Assembly: GCF_035594765.1 (NCBI RefSeq) | Contig: NC_085842.1 | Location: 91,054,782-91,118,781 of the forward strand | DNA length: 64,000 nt | Reading direction: 5' to 3' | From: Anolis carolinensis | Taxonomy: Eukaryota | Shown: one piece after another, positions 34,204 through 49,405 of the stretch | How the letters are laid out: each line of letters begins with the position of its first letter | How positions within the stretch are numbered: position 1 is the stretch's first letter | The notes under the pieces: generated by a model | Database searches by the model: none | Told to the model about the DNA's origin: nothing | What the model saw: the letters and a program-made list of their open reading frames with translations, nothing else | Program-made: the position numbers and the translations under genes

Positions 34204-34671
34204 TATGGCTTGTTGCCTGCACGCATTTACATTTCAATGTTGAAATATTTTGCTGTCTCATATATGCTTACTGCATTTTATTTATAAGCTTGGTTCAATG
34301 CAAATCAGGTGGCAAATTCATGCATGAGTGTTTTGGTTAGTGCCCTAGCCATAGGCTATGGTCTTCAGTTTGTATGAAAATTATAGAAATCATTACAGCT
34401 TGGAGAGACTTTAATTCCCCTCCGTTAAGTAAGTGTCATTTAAGGAAATAAAAGTGAGATGAAAGATTATCTGTTTTAATATTCTTATCCAAAGGTTTAT
34501 TTTCTACTATTTTAGTTACTCATGGTTACTGTTCATAGAACTGTCTCTCTTTTTCTATGGTATGCTTGTATCAAAGAGGAAGGAGCAAACCTGCTTTTCT
34601 TGTTCTTGTTGTGCAAGCATCTGTTGAGGCAGCACCAAAGGAAAAGTTGAAAGTATAGAGGTTCAGTACTA

Positions 34672-35149
34672 CAGTGTTCCCTCACTTATTGCGGGGTTTT
34701 CATTCCAGGACCACCCGCAATAAGTGAAAATCTGAGAAGTAGAGACACTATATTTATTTTAATATTTATACCTTATTTTAGTAGTTAGGTGGCCTTTCTC
34801 TGCTTCGCAAGCCTGTTTTGCACTGTAGTTGTTTTAATTTGGTGAGGTGGGCAGCAATTTGGCAGAGAAGGCTATAAACATGCAAATCCCAGGATTCCCG
34901 GGGAGCCAGTGAAGCCTTCCCAGAAGAGGGGGTGGGGCGAGAGCGCATGTGCGAAAGGCAGGCGCCACCACGGCCTAGTCCTCCGTGAGTTGCTTTGTGT
35001 TGTTTAATTGGTTAGTTTAATAGATAGATACCACTTTTAATTGGATAGCATTAAGGTCCAAGACATTCTGAGAGTGCTTTGGACCAAAAGAAACCCCACG
35101 AAACAGTGAGAGAGTGAAAAGTGAACCGCGAAGTGGCGAGGGAACATTG
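34672..35149. mobile_element. Non-autonomous Tc1/pogo (Tigger-like) element
   Basis: TA|CAGTGTTCCCTCACTTATTGCGG ... CCGCGAAGTGGCGAGGGAACATTG imperfect TIRs. Confidence 0.75.
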
Positions 35150-38100
35150 CATATGCTGTTTCAGGCATCTATGGAAAAAAATTTTTAAAAAATATTTTTA
35201 TTAGTGCTTTCCAAGAAGATTATGATACACAAAGACTTTACAAAACAACAACAACACAGTAACACCCCTGTGAGTCCCCCAATGAAAGAAATAGCAGATT
35301 TAAAGAAGTCTAGAAGGGGGAAAAGAGAAGGAAAGAGAGAAGAGGGAGAAGAGAAGAGGAAAAGAAAAACAAAATAAAAATAAAATAAAAATAAAAAGGG
35401 GGGAAATGGGAAGGGATTTGCGTAAAATAAGATAATATCATGTTACCTATGGAGAGTTTTGAAAATCCCCCCTGTGGACAAGGGGATCTTACTGTACTTG
35501 GCACCAAATGGTTCTATGCAAATGTGGAGGGAAATTACTACAAATGTCCTGAGTCTATTGTTCAACTTCTAGAGCAGTAGTGGATTTCCAATATTACTTC
35601 GTGAATGCTTAGCTATTAAGATATATTTTGTTTTTATTTTTTACATCTTGTTTTATCCTTTCTGTTCTACCACCTCTTAATTAGATTATATGTTATGTTA
35701 TCGGTACGATTTCTACTCATTTTGTCCTTGTTCTGGTTTTTCATTTGCTACAAGAGGGGAATAGTTGATTAGACTGTTTCCCTTGTTCACATTTCCTCCT
35801 CCTGCCTTCCCAGTTCATATATAGCGTTTTTAATTGTTTATACAATTTTCAACTGAAAAGCCATGATCTGTTTGTGTATAATCACGCTATAATACTGTAG
35901 TTACTATGATGTCAATTCACAAAAGGCATTTTAAAAAATGAAAATCAAATGAACATTATTAGTTTTTAATGTTTCTGCATCCATTTCAAACCCTTAATAG
36001 GAGAAGGTAGAGTTACCTGTATCAGTGAGGTGTGGATTTTCAATCTACATCCTACAATATTCAGATAACCTGTATGTATGGATTAAGAGACAAAGCACTT
36101 AGGATCTCATTATTTAGTTACACGAAGGGAACAGTTACAGGGAGATGCAAGTTATCTTTCTCTATAATAAAAGGATGTATATTTTGCTGTGCATGTGTAA
36201 AAGTTCTTAGTAAGTCCATGGATAAGTATGCATCAGATATAACTAGAAATCCTCAAGCATGAAATTAGAATCTAGATTAACTGTCTTCAATGTATAAATT
36301 TACTTTAGTTCATCTTCTTTATTTTAAGTATAATTTTGAATACTGAACTTTATAATGTTCATTACTGTGGGCAAGAATGACCAGTTTCATTATTTTTCTC
36401 TCCACGGGTTAAAAGCCATCAAATAATGCACATTTTGGGATATATTTTGTAAAAAAATCCACACTTTTGTGCAGTACTTTCTTTACAGAATTTTTGTTTT
36501 CTACAGAGAAAAGTATATTTATTGCACAGGAAACTTGCTTTTTCTGTGCAGAAAAGAGCATAACATTCTCCGTTGTGTATGTATTTGTGTGAAATAGGTC
36601 CAAATGTTTTTCATCCCTGCAAAAATTCTACTTGGCAGGGTCACTTAAAAAAGCTCTCCTTTCCCCTGAAATTTACAATGAATAAATATCTTCTCTAATA
36701 AAGTATGTATATTCATTCTTTTAAAACCTTTAGCGGAATGGAACAAAAATTATATCCTGATTTTAAAGGGGGAGGTTATCTTCATAATAAGTGTTAAAAA
36801 GCTAGCAAATGAAGGTTTGCAGCTCAGCCTCATTGATGAATTTTATAGTATTGGTTCACGCATTACTCTATATAGATTTTATAACATTATGATTTTAAAC
36901 TTTTTTCAATGTACGTTTCCCCTTGTTATATGCAACATATAACTGATCGTGACTTCAAAAGAGTCATGAGATGTGACACTAGGAGCCAGAACATATAACT
37001 GAAAAATGGAAATACGGCAATTATAAATGACATCATTTTCATTAAGCACTTTTGCAGAAGATGAATGATATCTCAATTTTTTATCTTTGTTACAGTGCAA
37101 CATTAATAGAGCATTAGAAGATAATGATACCTAGACTAAATAAATGCCTCATAATTTGGTAGAACAGCATATCCCTAAAAATATAGTAGTGCTTTAGGAC
37201 ATTGATAAGCTTCATATCGAACTGAAAGCTTTTGCTTGGAAAAACAAAAACAAAAGATGCTTCCTTTATCAAATTACCCATTGAAATTTCTTGAGATCAT
37301 TTACATTTAAGGTCCACATGTACCTTTCTTTTCACCCATGTGAACATATAATGTGAAAGCAGAGGTTGGCATGAATGTTGTAGCATGTATTACTAGGAAA
37401 AGGCACAAAATATTGTCGTCATGATGAAATTTGACCCCAGTGAACCATATGAGGAAAATGGTTTTCATTCTGAGGAAAGTGGTTCAGCCAACAAAGCACT
37501 GGGCATTCATATAGAAGATTATAATTCATTTTAAAAGCAAGTTTCATGCTTTGATGATTCCTCAGTGGCATTATACACATCAAAAGCTGAACAAATAAAG
37601 TTGGGCTATTGCTGTAATAGAAGCCTTAAAGCAGATGTGGTGTTTCTATGAATTTTAACTTTCAAACCTCACAACAATATCTCTGTCACAGTAATAGCTC
37701 CTTGTCTGCATCATTGTTGTATCTCACACAATGTGACAACTGAATTGACTTTTATACCTCATGGTGTGCATCACTGTTTGTATGAGAATAGCCCCTAAGT
37801 GAAAGAAAAGGAAGTGTTTGTTTCTCTTAGTACATGTAACAAAAATCTCAATGACATATTGGAAAGAATTCATTCACATGATAAAATCAATGCAAATTAT
37901 AGAGGATGAGATTTACTTTCTATTTCTGATATGAGCTTGACTAACAAATTGTCGGATCTCTCTGCTTCCCTACTTTGATTAATACAAAACAAATCATGAT
38001 GTACATCTATTTTCTTCCCCACAAATTATTGTTTTATTGTATTTTGTTTTTAAGATAACACAATATTTTAAACTGTTTTAGTCCAAGCTGGTTGTCCCTG

Positions 38101-40039
38101 GGAAATTTTTCAAAAATAACTTTCTGTAGGAGGTTGAGTCTGCATCTGTGGAGACTTCAGTCTTTGCTGGAAAAATTTTTCTTGATTCTGGTACTTGAAT
38201 TTCACCTAATTTTAGAATACATCTTCATAATGGTTTTGAAATAAATGTACATCTTTCCAGTGCATGCTCTGCTAGTTTTCCTAACCAAATAGTGTAGAAA
38301 TCAGGGGGAAAAACCAAATAATGTTGAAATATTAAGCCGGGAATAATATAATAGCTCTAAAAGGATTGTTCCACTTCCAGGTACTCGTTCATTGGTTTCC
38401 TCTGCTTCTGTTTCATTGTTTTTTCAAGTACTGAACTAGCAATACAATTATTTTTGCTTTAGTTGGAGACAGGTCGTAACTCTTTCAAAGTTGAGAAAGG
38501 GTCATGTTGCAAAGAGGGGAAGCTGCAAGCACTGCCTGGGTGCCAGCTCTTCCTGCCTGCTACTGCCACCATTTTTCTGCCCAGGAATTCAAAAAGGCCA
38601 GAAGTGGTGCCATGGCACAGAGAGTGGGGGGAGTCAGTCCTTCCTTTAAATTCTCCCAGGGATGAACTAAGCTCTTGCCTTTTCCCACTCCTTTTAGATA
38701 TAGTTTCCCTTTTTATAAGAATTAAGGCCAAGTGCTTACATTTAACACATGGATATGTTGAACAAAGTTTTTTGTGATGACTTTTGACTAAAATCTCTAG
38801 ACATATACTTGAAAGTATACAATAAGTAATTATACCAACCATGCAGTCCTGTGGCTGGTGACTGAAAAGTCAGTTACATAGTGTTCATTAGTGAAAACTA
38901 ATGAAGCAAATAGATTACTCCTCCCTCCCTCTACATCTGATGCAGCAGTGCTATGGGAGAAGCATGTTTATTGGCCTCAAAGGAAATGAGTGAGTGGGTG
39001 GGGTATGGATGTTCTAGATTGTTCCACCCCCTACTCTTTCTCTTTGCCTTCTGGCTTCAGTTCAATCTCTCATCTCTATTACAGTGTGAGCTTTGAGGCT
39101 GGGGAGATTTTTTTCCCCTTTTCTCTTCCCCATTTTTCACTTACTCTATTCTGCCATTTGAGGACTTGATCAATTGGCTCAGGATGGTGTCTTAAATCAG
39201 AGGTTACTTGGCAGGTAGTGGGGGAAGATGTATGAGTTTGGTGGGCACCTATAGGCTCTTTAGTTGAAGAAGATTCCACTGGAACTGCCTCTTTAGGTCC
39301 TGTGACTAAGAAGATAGGGAGTGAGAGGAAACCAATATTTTAAGTCCTGTGATTCAGAGGAGGGAACCTCTGGTTGGTCATCCATTTACAGACCACTTGG
39401 GTAACAACCTGTCCTTTGGATCTGGGGAATAGACCATCTGCCTCAGCTGCTCTCACAGTAGGTTGCTCCACCCATTTTCAAGAAGATAACAATAAGGTCG
39501 ATTAAATAAAGTGGTGCATTTTTCAATCCAGTTTATTGCATCCGGCCTAATTAAATCACCAATTGGTCAGCAAGCAGAACTGGATAATTCTTTGAAAGTA
39601 AATATGAAAAGGGATATAGTTATGGCTTTGCTTCCTTAGAGGGTGACAGAAACCATCACGTAGAATTATATTCATAACAATGTTTCTATAAAAGATGCTG
39701 CATGGCTTTAAGAGTAGTAGAGTAATAACATTTCTAACGCACTTTGGAGGGTCTTAACTTTACTCTCTAAAATAAAATTCTAAATTGCAATGTATATTAT
39801 TATACTTGTCTTCAGTGTCTGCTTAAGGACAGGCTTTTCATGTATCTCTGCCTCCCTCCCCATGCTTGCTTTCAGTAGGACAATATCACCTTCATTTTCC
39901 AAAGCATACATCTTTTTTATATTAGCTATCCTTCTTATAACACCATTTGCAAATTTAATCAGTGTATTTTAATATTCCATATACTTTAAGTGCAATATAC
40001 AATAAATAGCGAGGCTTCAGCTTAAACATGCTTTAGCCC

Positions 40040-40323
40040 NNNNNNNNNNNNNNNNNNNNNNNNNNNNNNNNNNNNNNNNNNNNNNNNNNNNNNNNNNNNN
40101 NNNNNNNNNNNNNNNNNNNNNNNNNNNNNNNNNNNNNNNNNNNNNNNNNNNNNNNNNNNNNNNNNNNNNNNNNNNNNNNNNNNNNNNNNNNNNNNNNNNN
40201 NNNNNNNNNNNNNNNNNNNNNNNNNNNNNNNNNNNNNNNNNNNNNNNNNNNNNNNNNNNNNNNNNNNNNNNNNNNNNNNNNNNNNNNNNNNNNNNNNNNN
40301 NNNNNNNNNNNNNNNNNNNNNNN
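40040..40323. other. Assembly gap (N run)
   Basis: Seen directly. Confidence 1.
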
Positions 40324-41477
40324 CGCTCGGGGGCTGGTTCACTGGGAACGTAATGACATGGAGGTGAGAACAATTTTCTGGTCACCGCAATTCAAGCACC
40401 TTGCAAGTTCTGTTTCTGTAAGTTATAGAAGACTTTTTGGTGCTGCTGTGTGTTTGAAGTAATGACAGCATTAGTTATGGTAACTCAGTGGGAATGGAAA
40501 GCGCTTGAATTTATACTTATCACTGTGTGTTTTCTTAAGCTGAATATTGATGCTTTGATCATCTTTCGAGTAGCTTACAATTATCTAACAAAAGAGGTTT
40601 TTGCGTAACATTTACCTTGCCTAACCTCAAAATCTCACATGCAAAGAAGGTATTATTATGCAGCGATGTTGTTTAAGAAAACATTAAACAGATAGGCTAT
40701 TGCTTTACTTAAAAGACATCCCAAGCATAAAGTAGCTGTAAACTGTGATGTCACATATTTAGTGTACTCCAATAATAAATTATCTTTCTGTTTTCATTGT
40801 GGTTTGCTTATTAAGTAACAGCTTCTTTATTTGAGAACTGAAGTATGAAATTTCTATGTTATGATATTGAGGCTATAGTGAGGCTGTAGTGATATCAAAC
40901 TATTTTTTTCTGAAGATTTCTCTTCAGGTGAATTAAACTGCTCAGAATTGAACAAGAATCATTTTAGTTCCAACTAATACTATGAGGAAATTGATCTTTT
41001 TTTTTTTTTTTACAAACACTGATAGTAGTGTGGCACCAGACTTTGATTTTACTTGGAAGACCTTTACAATTCCAAAGTTGTTTTTCCTGGACAAGATGCT
41101 GAGGAAGTCAAATCTGACAAACAGTTCTGCTCCCCTACTCTAGAATTCTAATCCTTTACAAGGAAGACAGAGTTTATTGCCATTCTTAGTGGCTCAGCTA
41201 AAGAAGCATGGCCTGATTCCACATGGATATCGTGTGCATTCAGTTCATAGCCTTTTAAATTATTTAGTGCTTTGGTCAAGATGCAGAGAAAAGGACAAAG
41301 GCTGCAGCTAGTGATCTCTTCAAAAATAGTATTCAGAATTGTATTGATTCAGAGTCCATCAATTATATAATGCACACGGCTGTGTGTGAAAGCGAAAAAA
41401 AAAAAACAATTGAATTGTGCATTCTGAAATTGTGAGACTATGCAGTGGTTTTAAGAAACACCAAATGTTTATTGTAG

Positions 41478-41482
<5 letters not shown>

Positions 41483-41523
<41 letters not shown>
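41483..41523. repeat. (CA)n microsatellite
   Basis: Seen directly. Confidence 0.95.
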
Positions 41524-41524
<1 letters not shown>

Positions 41525-43345
41525 CCATCTCATGTTAAAATTTAGGACATCTTGTATGTCATAAGTATCTACTGAAATATGCCAACTATTTTATCATATA
41601 GTGTAGAGAATTTTAAATTGAAAAAATGCTAATATGCATCTAAAAGCTTGTCATCTGAAGAGTTGTTCTAGGATTTTGAAGAGGTTATGGTGACAGCAAA
41701 ATGAATGCAATTATATCTCTATTTTCTGATCATAGACTATAGCATTTGAAAATTGAACATTACTGCTTCTTTTAGTTAGAAAATGTAGCTAGTGTATAAA
41801 ACATTCCTGGTAAAACTTTTCAACTTTATCAAAAATTCATTTTTTAATGTTTCATTTAGTTTTGTGAGGCACCTGAAGAAATCTATTTGTATTCTGTTTT
41901 ATTGTTTTTATGTAGTTGGATCTGAAGAGATAAAACCATATTTTAAGTTGCCTGATTAGTTGTTTGTTTTTAAACCCAGCCAGTGAAAATCCACTCTGTG
42001 TCAGGGAGATTTGGGGGGCTTCAATTTACAAATATGTTTTATTATCCCTGTTCTGATTCTCCTGTGTTCTTACATGCCGCACATCCGAAGGGGCCCATGA
42101 TATTATGCAAATAGTATGGATATGATAATCTTTGGATATTGATTTCACTATGTTTCTCCCAATTCCATCTGCCTTCTTATCCTATCTGCTATTTGCATCA
42201 GGTTACAAGTCTTCTTCAGCTAATGCACACATTTTATATGCATTTCATTGTTGACTGAAGTTAGTTTTGAATAGTATTTATTTTATCTGTTTGGATTTTT
42301 AAAATGTTCACATGATTTTGTATGTATTTTAATTATCTGAAACATACAGCAAGGCTTACAAATGTGTGTCATGCTCAGAATCATTTGGTTTTGCATGCTG
42401 TTGGAATGGATTCTGTCATCAAGAATATTGATATCTACAAAGTTATTCCCCATCCTTATCAGATTTCATTTTGTGCTTTTAAATTATAAGAACAACAGCA
42501 GCAGCAACAACAACAACAACAACAATTCTATTTCTTCCCTGCCTTTCCTCATGGCTTGAGGTGGGTTACAATATTTCTAAAAACACATAATCATCATATA
42601 AAAACACACATTAAAATGTATTCCTTCAATATGTGTTTGTGTATATTTGTATATACACACACACACATACATGCATGCATGCATACATACACACACATTG
42701 GGGTGTACATCTGCATTCAGAAAGTTGTTAGCAAATTACTTGAGGAGTATAACAGAAATAAACAAATGTGCAAATGGAGAAGCAAGAATTAAAGTGTTAT
42801 GCCCAAACTACAGGAATATCTTTCATTTATTCTGAATGGGCTACCATGCAGATATTTGTATACACATCCCTCTGCATTATTGATGTTTGTTTTTAAAACC
42901 TTTTCTGTTCTTTCATACATTATTGTGAATATCTGATTGTGATACCTAAGATAAAGGGAAATAAGCCGAAGAAGTTGGACATTACATTATCTGATCAACT
43001 GTGTTCTAGAGATAGATGATCTGATAAGGTCACTGTTTCTGTAACATGAATTTAGGAACAAAATAAACAAATTGGGGGATTTGTAACATACTTCGAATGA
43101 AATTGATTGTGTTAATCTAACAAATAACTATAGGTCATCTTCCACAATAAACCTACAAAATGGCTTATCATACAGACAGAAGAAAACTGACAGGATTTTT
43201 TTTTGCAGCACAAACAAGTTTCACCTTTTAACTTTTAGTTAAATCACTGAACTTGTGATTTAACAACATTTGGAATTCACTATTGTTTTTACTGTTGCTT
43301 TTAACCCGTTGCATAATAAAGATGAAATTGAGGATACAATTTTAG

Positions 43346-43507
<162 letters not shown>

Positions 43508-44897
43508 TAGCTCTTAATACTAGCATGTTGGCATTGTTTACATAGCAGTAACCTATAGAGACATGTATTTTATTTTCAAAAATAAATATTTTAAAAAGCA
43601 GATTGTTTTTCAAATTACAAATCAAATTATTTATCTTTTGATGACTATTCATTAGAAGGTCAATGCACAAAACATATTTAATAAACTCATTTGGAGTTTC
43701 AATATTCTGTTTATATTGAACCAAGCAATTACCTTTCACTGTGAAGAAGTGCACCTGCCCAGGAAGATACCCACAAATAAGGAACACATATTAAAATCTA
43801 GAAAGTACTTCCTGCCCAATATAGGAAGCCTGAAAAATATAATGCACCACCGAATGTAATACACACCTCATTTCAAACTATGAATTTGCTGTTGAATGTG
43901 ATGTTCCCAACAGAACAGGCTTGGTGCACCAGGAAAACAGACAGAATGAATGAGGCAATTTGGGTACCCATGCCCCTCTGTCAAGCCAAGGCTAGTGAGT
44001 TCACCAACTGGTGACGAACAGAACTCATTCATGAGGCCTTCAAAACCAGGGGGCCGGGTGAGCATTTGAGGACCTGATGAATGAGGCCAGTTGGGAATCA
44101 CGTGGTTGGGGGGGGGGGGGGCAAGAGACCCTGAAAGTCATCCAGGAGGCAGAATTCATGGCTAAGTGGCAGGAACAGCTTAGTCAACAGCAAGGCGCTC
44201 CTTCTCTAGGCATCACAGTGCCTAAATAACCTCAGCAAATAGTACCCATTTGGCAACTATATATTGGATTCAATTTGTCCAGCATTTAATACTTGTAATT
44301 ACTTCTGCAGTCCTAGCTGAAACCATGGCTGATTCCACATTACATTTTTAACTAGGAGCTTCATAAATTTGTAAGAATAATGTATGTATTTTCATCAGTA
44401 CAAGTGTAACAGGGTAGTATGTTTTATCATTTAGTAAAAGTTAAATTTAAAATGTACTTTAATATGCTATTTGTAGTCTAAAAAAAGGGCAACATCTTCT
44501 TTGTCTATAGATAATTAGCATATGAAAACTGCATTTATTGACATGTAAAGATTGTGTTCTCTTTTATTTGTTCTATAGTTTTATATTATTTTATTGTGCA
44601 CACCTGCATACTTGCATGACTCATGTTTGTAAGTTAGGTTCCAATTATACAGAAACATGAGAAATTGTGATAAGTCTACGGCTGAGATAGTTTACATAAC
44701 AACACAATCCACTTTCACTCATTGCTTTCTTTGAATGGATCAGGGCATAACATTTAATTTATTAAGTACTCAACTCATTCCAGTCACGTTATATTTAGAT
44801 GTGAGTTTGATATGACTTCCATTATTGTAGGGTTCATTAATTTGTCCATGAATTATCTCTTGATTACTGTGTTACATTTCTTTGAATTTTTTTCTAG

Positions 44898-45075
44898 GAA
44901 ATAATACTGAAAAGAGCAGCTGATATTGCAGAAGCACTCTACAGCGTCCCTCGCAATCACAACCAACTCCCAGCACTCGGCAACACATCTGTCCATGCAG
45001 GAATGATGGGTGTGAACTCCTTTAGTGGTCAGCTAGCAGTAAATGTTTCAGAAGCCTCACAGGCTACAAATCAGG
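44898..45075 (+). CDS. EBF1: EBF1 exon (178 nt): [59 protein letters not shown](G)
   Basis: ttctag| acceptor and |gtaagc donor; the [17 protein letters not shown]...EASQATNQ peptide is characteristic of EBF1 among the paralogues. Confidence 0.96.
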
Positions 45076-45993
45076 GTAAGCAGTAGATTTTCTCCCTTAA
45101 GAGATAATTCATGGCCAGTAAAAGATATAATAGCTTGCTTATTTTCATTAAAACAATACACAATTTTTAATCACACTGGAGCTTCCAATTCAAAATGCCT
45201 GCAACATAAGTGTATTTAAACAAAAGTAGGGAAATAATTTTGATCACTTTGTTCTTGAAGGAAGCAACAAGTAATTTGAATTATTTCTTCTCACTGTAAT
45301 AATGTTTTTAAAAACTGTGCAAACCAAAAGATTGTTAACTAATCTGGACAAAATTCACATTTTTTTAGCAGAAAGTAGAATTTTCTGTGCAGAAAATATT
45401 ATTTGTAGAAAATGTATTCTTCATAGATTCTTTAATATGTCTAGTTGGAGATTTATTCTGTGCCAAAAACCCATATGGTATTTTTGTGAAGAAAATACTT
45501 TCTGAATGGGAAAAAAGCATTTTCTGCACGGCAAATAATATGTGCAGAAATATTGTTTTTGTTCAGTAAATCATCTTTCCTGTAGAAAAATGCTGTTTTA
45601 TGCACACTGGATTTTTTGTATACAAGAAGACTTGAACCACAAAGATTCGTCATTCTACTCATATTTCATTTCTTGAAACATGTCTTTTAGCTGCTTTTCA
45701 AATCTTTTCAGATGTTCATTCTATCCCTAAACAAACTGATGTAAAAAGCACTACAAGATGAAAGCAATGAAATTGTTACATATAAACTAGCAATCTGATT
45801 AAGGATCTCTAGGACCATGTACAAGGGTTAGTGAGCAGATTTTAAAAAGTAATAAAATATTTACACATGGATGTAATCTCTGCTCCTTCATCTTTTGCTA
45901 CAAAATGTAATTTTCTATTGATTTTTTCATGCTAGCAGAGTTTGGAATGTTTTGAAATTACCAACTGTTATACCTTTTTGAATGTCTACAAAG

Positions 45994-46173
45994 GTTTTAC
46001 TCGCAACTCAAGCAGCGTGTCACCTCACGGTTATGTGCCAAGCACTACTCCACAGCAGTCAAACTACAACTCAGTCACGACAAGCATGAATGGTTATGGA
46101 AATGCTGGAATGTCCAATTTAGGTGGATCTCCAACTTTCTTGAATGGATCTGCTGCCAATTCTCCCTATGCCA
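45994..46173 (+). CDS. EBF1: EBF1 exon (180 nt): [60 protein letters not shown]
   Basis: aaag| acceptor and |gtatgt donor, phase 1-1; Ser/Pro-rich activation domain. Confidence 0.95.
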
Positions 46174-46408
46174 GTATGTATTCATGTTGTACAATTTATT
46201 ACCATATCCCTAAGACTAACATCCAAATCATATTTACCAGATTATAAACCTCACTGAATTCATTGTGCCTTACTTTAGAAAAAAGAACCCAAAAGCCCTT
46301 CATTTTGACTAATCATGGGCTTTGTTGGTTACATATTTATGCAGACAAATGCAATTTATCTGAATCTTTTTGGAAATTGTACTTTGTATCATTGATATTG
46401 ATATATGA

Positions 46409-46508
46409 CATCTGTCGGGGGTGCTTTCAATGTGATTTCCTGCTTCTCGGCAGGGGGTTGAACTGGATGGCCCATGAGGTCTCTTCCAACTCTGTGATTC
46501 TATTATGA
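46409..46508 (+). mobile_element. CR1 3' tail fragment
   Basis: Matches 52438-52535. Confidence 0.85.
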
Positions 46509-47858
46509 TAGTCTTTATATTCACTATAGTTTTAAAGGCACAGCCCTTGGAAGTTTAGATGGGGGTCCAAGTATCTCATGTTCAAGAATCAATCAAGTCA
46601 ACATCTGTTGTTTCAGAATGCTACATCATTACAAACCTCAGTGAAAGAGTGGCGATTTCCTTTTAGACCCAGAGAAAACTGTAGCATTTTCTAGACAGAC
46701 TACTTAAATGTGTGAATTGAGACCCATAGTTTCCACACCATCTTGTTAAAAAAACATGCTGCTCATTATAAAAAAAATTAAAAGATGATATAATTGAATA
46801 GAACTGAATGATATGATTCAGTTTGACAGAATTCAAGAGGCTGCTTTCCTCAATGCTCCTTACATCTAAAAAAAGAAGATAAAACAGAATGACATAAGCT
46901 AGGAATGCTTATAAATTCCGATAGCAATATAATAATATTTTTAGCTATAACAAAACTCCCCAAACATTTTAAATGTAAAAGCTGTCCTCTGTAGTGAGTT
47001 TCCCCTACATCTTGTTTTTAATTCATTAAGTATTTTAGCAATGCACTTTTCATGATCCTAAATATATTCTACATCTGAAGTGTGTCTTCCTATTACGTTG
47101 TGCCTTTATATTACTTTCCATATTGTTATTGCTACTATAATGAACAGCAACAATCACCTTGGGAGATTTTTCCTGTTAGATTCTGCTGTTCTGTCAATAG
47201 CAAATGCATTCAATTCAAATATGTTTCAATCATGACCTGAGAATTAGAAAGGTGGCATTTTTAATTAAATCAATAAACTAATTGCTGTATAGTAGCAATT
47301 CAATTTAGGTGCTTTGATTCCTCTGCCTTAACAAGTGCTTGCGGATATGAAGTGACTTTAGACCAAGATTTTATCTGTCTGACTGTGAAACTTTGAACAT
47401 TTAATTTCCATTAATTGATTTCCTCAGTGTTCACAAATATGATATCAGATTCTGGCACAGGGATTCTGAGAATTTGATATTTATCTACACAGATGCAAAT
47501 AAACTCATACTCTAAAGCTCAGATGATTTGAATTTTTATTCCCCTGCCACTTAATTATTCATAAACCACTCTGAGCATAAATCGTTTCTAAACAAGCTGG
47601 AAAAATGGTCAGTGTTACAGATCTTCTGGTTTTTTTTTCATAGTCATGAAAGTCAATAATCTGAAGTATTTTGATACTTCTATATAAAGAAAGGGAAGAG
47701 AGCTATTCTAAATGTAAGTGTTGAATACACCAGTCAGCATCATTGTCTTCCCCACAAGACATATTTGCTGCTACTTTGGCATTTCAAACCAAAAACCTTA
47801 TGCTTGAAAAAAAAAGGCGCCAATTTCAGGCTAATTTGGGTCACATAGATTTGGTACC

Positions 47859-47913
<55 letters not shown>

Positions 47914-47962
47914 CTTTAATTATAACCCACCCTATCTCCCCAAGGGGACCATTACTCTGATT
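47859..47962 (-). repeat. (TAA)n with a reversed L2-like tail remnant
   Basis: Microsatellite followed by ccctatctccccaaggggac. Confidence 0.65.
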
Positions 47963-49405
47963 CATGGAATCATGGGTGCAATCAGCCTGACTCATATGCC
48001 TTCCATTTGTAATATTCACAGGATTTTTGGTAGAACTTCTTAATTACTTTTTTCCCCTACTAAAGCAAAGAAAAAGTCAGCTAAAGAGTGAAAGATGGCA
48101 TATGTGCCCAGTGCCTTTTGATTAACAGCAATATGAATGGTCCATGGAAGCATCCCAGAAGCAATTCAAATAACACTGAAAAATGTTTTAAGTCTGTTCC
48201 TATGCATGCTTAGTCATTTAAATCCCAAACATTCAAAATTAAGTTTTCATAGAATTGCAGCATTATAAGAATAGGTTGGTGCCTTTTTATATAGGCATCA
48301 ACTCCTCTGCATTCAGTGGATTTATTCCCAAATGAGGGTGAGCTGAACTGAAGTATATCCTATACATTTTATTTCTAAACAGCTAATATCTTGTTTAGTA
48401 GGTATTACTCGGGATATGACTGCAGTCTTAGTCATGAATAATATTGTGTACTAAACACAATATTGTAAACAGAAAAATGATTGACGTTTTATCACTGAAA
48501 CATTTTTAAAAAAAAGCATTTCAGGATTTGGTCTGTTTTAGATATGTTTTTTTCCTGCATGAAAACATATAACTGTCCCTATAAAAAGAGATGGGATGGG
48601 ATTTTAAGAATATATGGTGCTGTCAAAACCATCCATATGTGACCTGTTACTATCATCTTTTTACTAATTAGTTAAAGATGACTTCAGCATTTCATTATAT
48701 GTATTCTTCTTGAATTTGACTTCTCAAAGCCTGACTTGAATTCATTTATAAGAGAAAAAGATAAAAACCAAGTATGAAAAAAATAGATTTAATTGTTTTA
48801 TTAGATGTCATAATGGTCCCAGAATTGTCCTTCTAAAGCAGGCCTGCATGATTGATGGTCCTCCAGGTGTTTAGGCCTCCAACTCCCAGAAGCCCTAGCC
48901 AGCTTGTCCAATGGTCAGGAAACCTGGGAGCTGAAGGGCTGTAAGCCTGCCCTAGGCCTTTAATGAGCAATCCTTAGGTCTCAAGAGGACTATGGGAGCG
49001 CAAATTGTGATGAAAGTGTACCTTTGAAGATCTCTTCTAGTCTCCTCTGTTCTGATATTATCTTCAGAGGATGGTCACAGGAGGAAGAAATTGTTCTTCA
49101 CCACAGATGCAATGTCTACTTCTCCAGAGTCCACTAGACTAGAGTTGGGATCTTAAGACAATATTTGTAAAAGAACAAGACCTGATGTGGCCTGTTTCCA
49201 CATGGCCAATATTTCTGAAATTATCCCTGGAATAAGAGTCTATCATAAACCCACATCACATAGATCATGTTAAGGGGAAATGCTGAGAACACCAAGGATG
49301 CAGGACATCTGTTGAGCAAGACTTACTGCTAGCCAAGCCCATGGACTTTAGATTCGCAGGCTTGACAAGAATATTTCCTCTTTGTTCTTTTTCCACTCCC
49401 TCTAG

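Noticed and set aside
35190-35870. Possible reversed L1-like 3' end
   Set aside because: The composition is suggestive, but no diagnostic motif or TSD could be confirmed.
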